A DNA stretch of 63,930 nt, filler included, from Octopus bimaculoides (Eukaryota): NCBI RefSeq assembly GCF_001194135.2. It is 8 parts of 8 records of this genome, joined end to end, with 100 filler letters (N's around TTAATTAATTAA, not from the genome) between each part and the next. Parts side by side here need not be neighbours in the genome. Positions count along the whole stretch, not along the records: positions 61,866 to 63,930 come from NW_026300401.1; 7 more parts are not named here. The stretch is one strand, 5' to 3'. A program made the translations under genes and the position numbers. A model generated the notes under the pieces. That model was not told where the DNA came from and searched no databases. It saw nothing but the letters and a program-made list of their open reading frames with translations. Below are positions 63,361 through 63,930 of this stretch, one piece after another (position 1 is the stretch's first letter; every line of letters starts with the position of its first letter).

Positions 63361-63550
63361 CCACTATTTCAGTATTACGTGTCAAAACTGAAACAATAAC
63401 ATCACTCTACTGTAATGTCAGAGACTTTCACTTTAATACTGAAACTATTCCACTATTTCAGTATTACATGTCAAAAGTGAAACAATAACATGTCGCTACT
63501 GTAATTTCAAATACTTTCACTTTAATACTTTCAATTTCATACTGAAACTA
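63361..63550 (+). repeat. Two copies of an 89-bp tandem repeat
   Basis: CCACTATTTCAGTATTAC..TTTCACTTTAATACT units start at 63361 and 63450. Confidence 0.85.
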
Positions 63551-63930
63551 TACTCTCACATATATACAGGCATACTCTAAGACCCAAGTTAAAAACATTC
63601 CCAACAATTCAACTTCTCCGGTTGACATTAACACCCCCACCCCCAATAGGGGTCTTCATTCCCACATTTTACAGCTCCATGAGCTCCATTTTTTAGAAGC
63701 AAAATCCTTTTTACAGATTCCAGAAGACTGAAATTTTGGAATATGCGCATAAAGATCAATAGTATGTCTCATGATTAGAATTTTTTTAGGGTGTGTAAAG
63801 AAGGAAAGAACCCTCATGTGCAATTTTGATGAAATTCGAATCATATGTATTCCAGTTCCTTACACGAAATATAAGAGAATAGTCTCATTCTTCATTTGCA
63901 TGTAACACGGGCAACGCCGGGTATCTCTGC
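63361..63930 (+). mobile_element. Probable non-autonomous Helitron 3' part
   Basis: Subterminal hairpin CACGGGCAACGCCGGG then TATCTCTGC at the window edge; a CTAG terminus is expected immediately after. The internal minisatellite is typical; the left boundary is uncertain. Confidence 0.45.

Overview
AT-rich, microsatellite-saturated eukaryotic genomic DNA from a fragmented draft assembly. The repeat families suggest an octopus or other coleoid cephalopod; this is inferred from the repeat landscape, not from a search. About a fifth of the window is N. Seven fixed 100-nt spacers (44 N + TTAATTAATTAA + 44 N) are artificial joins, so the window should be read as about 8 separate segments. I cannot identify any intact host protein-coding gene, rRNA, true tRNA or CRISPR array. 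Nearly all long ORFs in the track are artefacts of N runs or microsatellites. What can be supported is a transposon landscape: several tRNA-derived SINE families, RTE LINE 3' ends, at least six fragments of R4/Dong-type restriction-endonuclease-like LINEs tied to (TAA)n arrays, Penelope-like terminal repeats with decayed hammerhead-ribozyme cores, and Tc1/mariner, pogo/Tigger, hAT and Helitron remnants. The most interesting structures are: (i) the TAA-associated Dong cluster at 57-60 kb, with a 67-bp flanking direct repeat and a fourfold-repeated 23-bp putative 5' terminus; (ii) an inverted pair of hammerhead-bearing Penelope-like repeats enclosing a Dong 3' end at 38.3-38.9 kb; (iii) a candidate RFX + NF-Y promoter at 25.1 kb. 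None of these establishes a new biological system without the listed checks.
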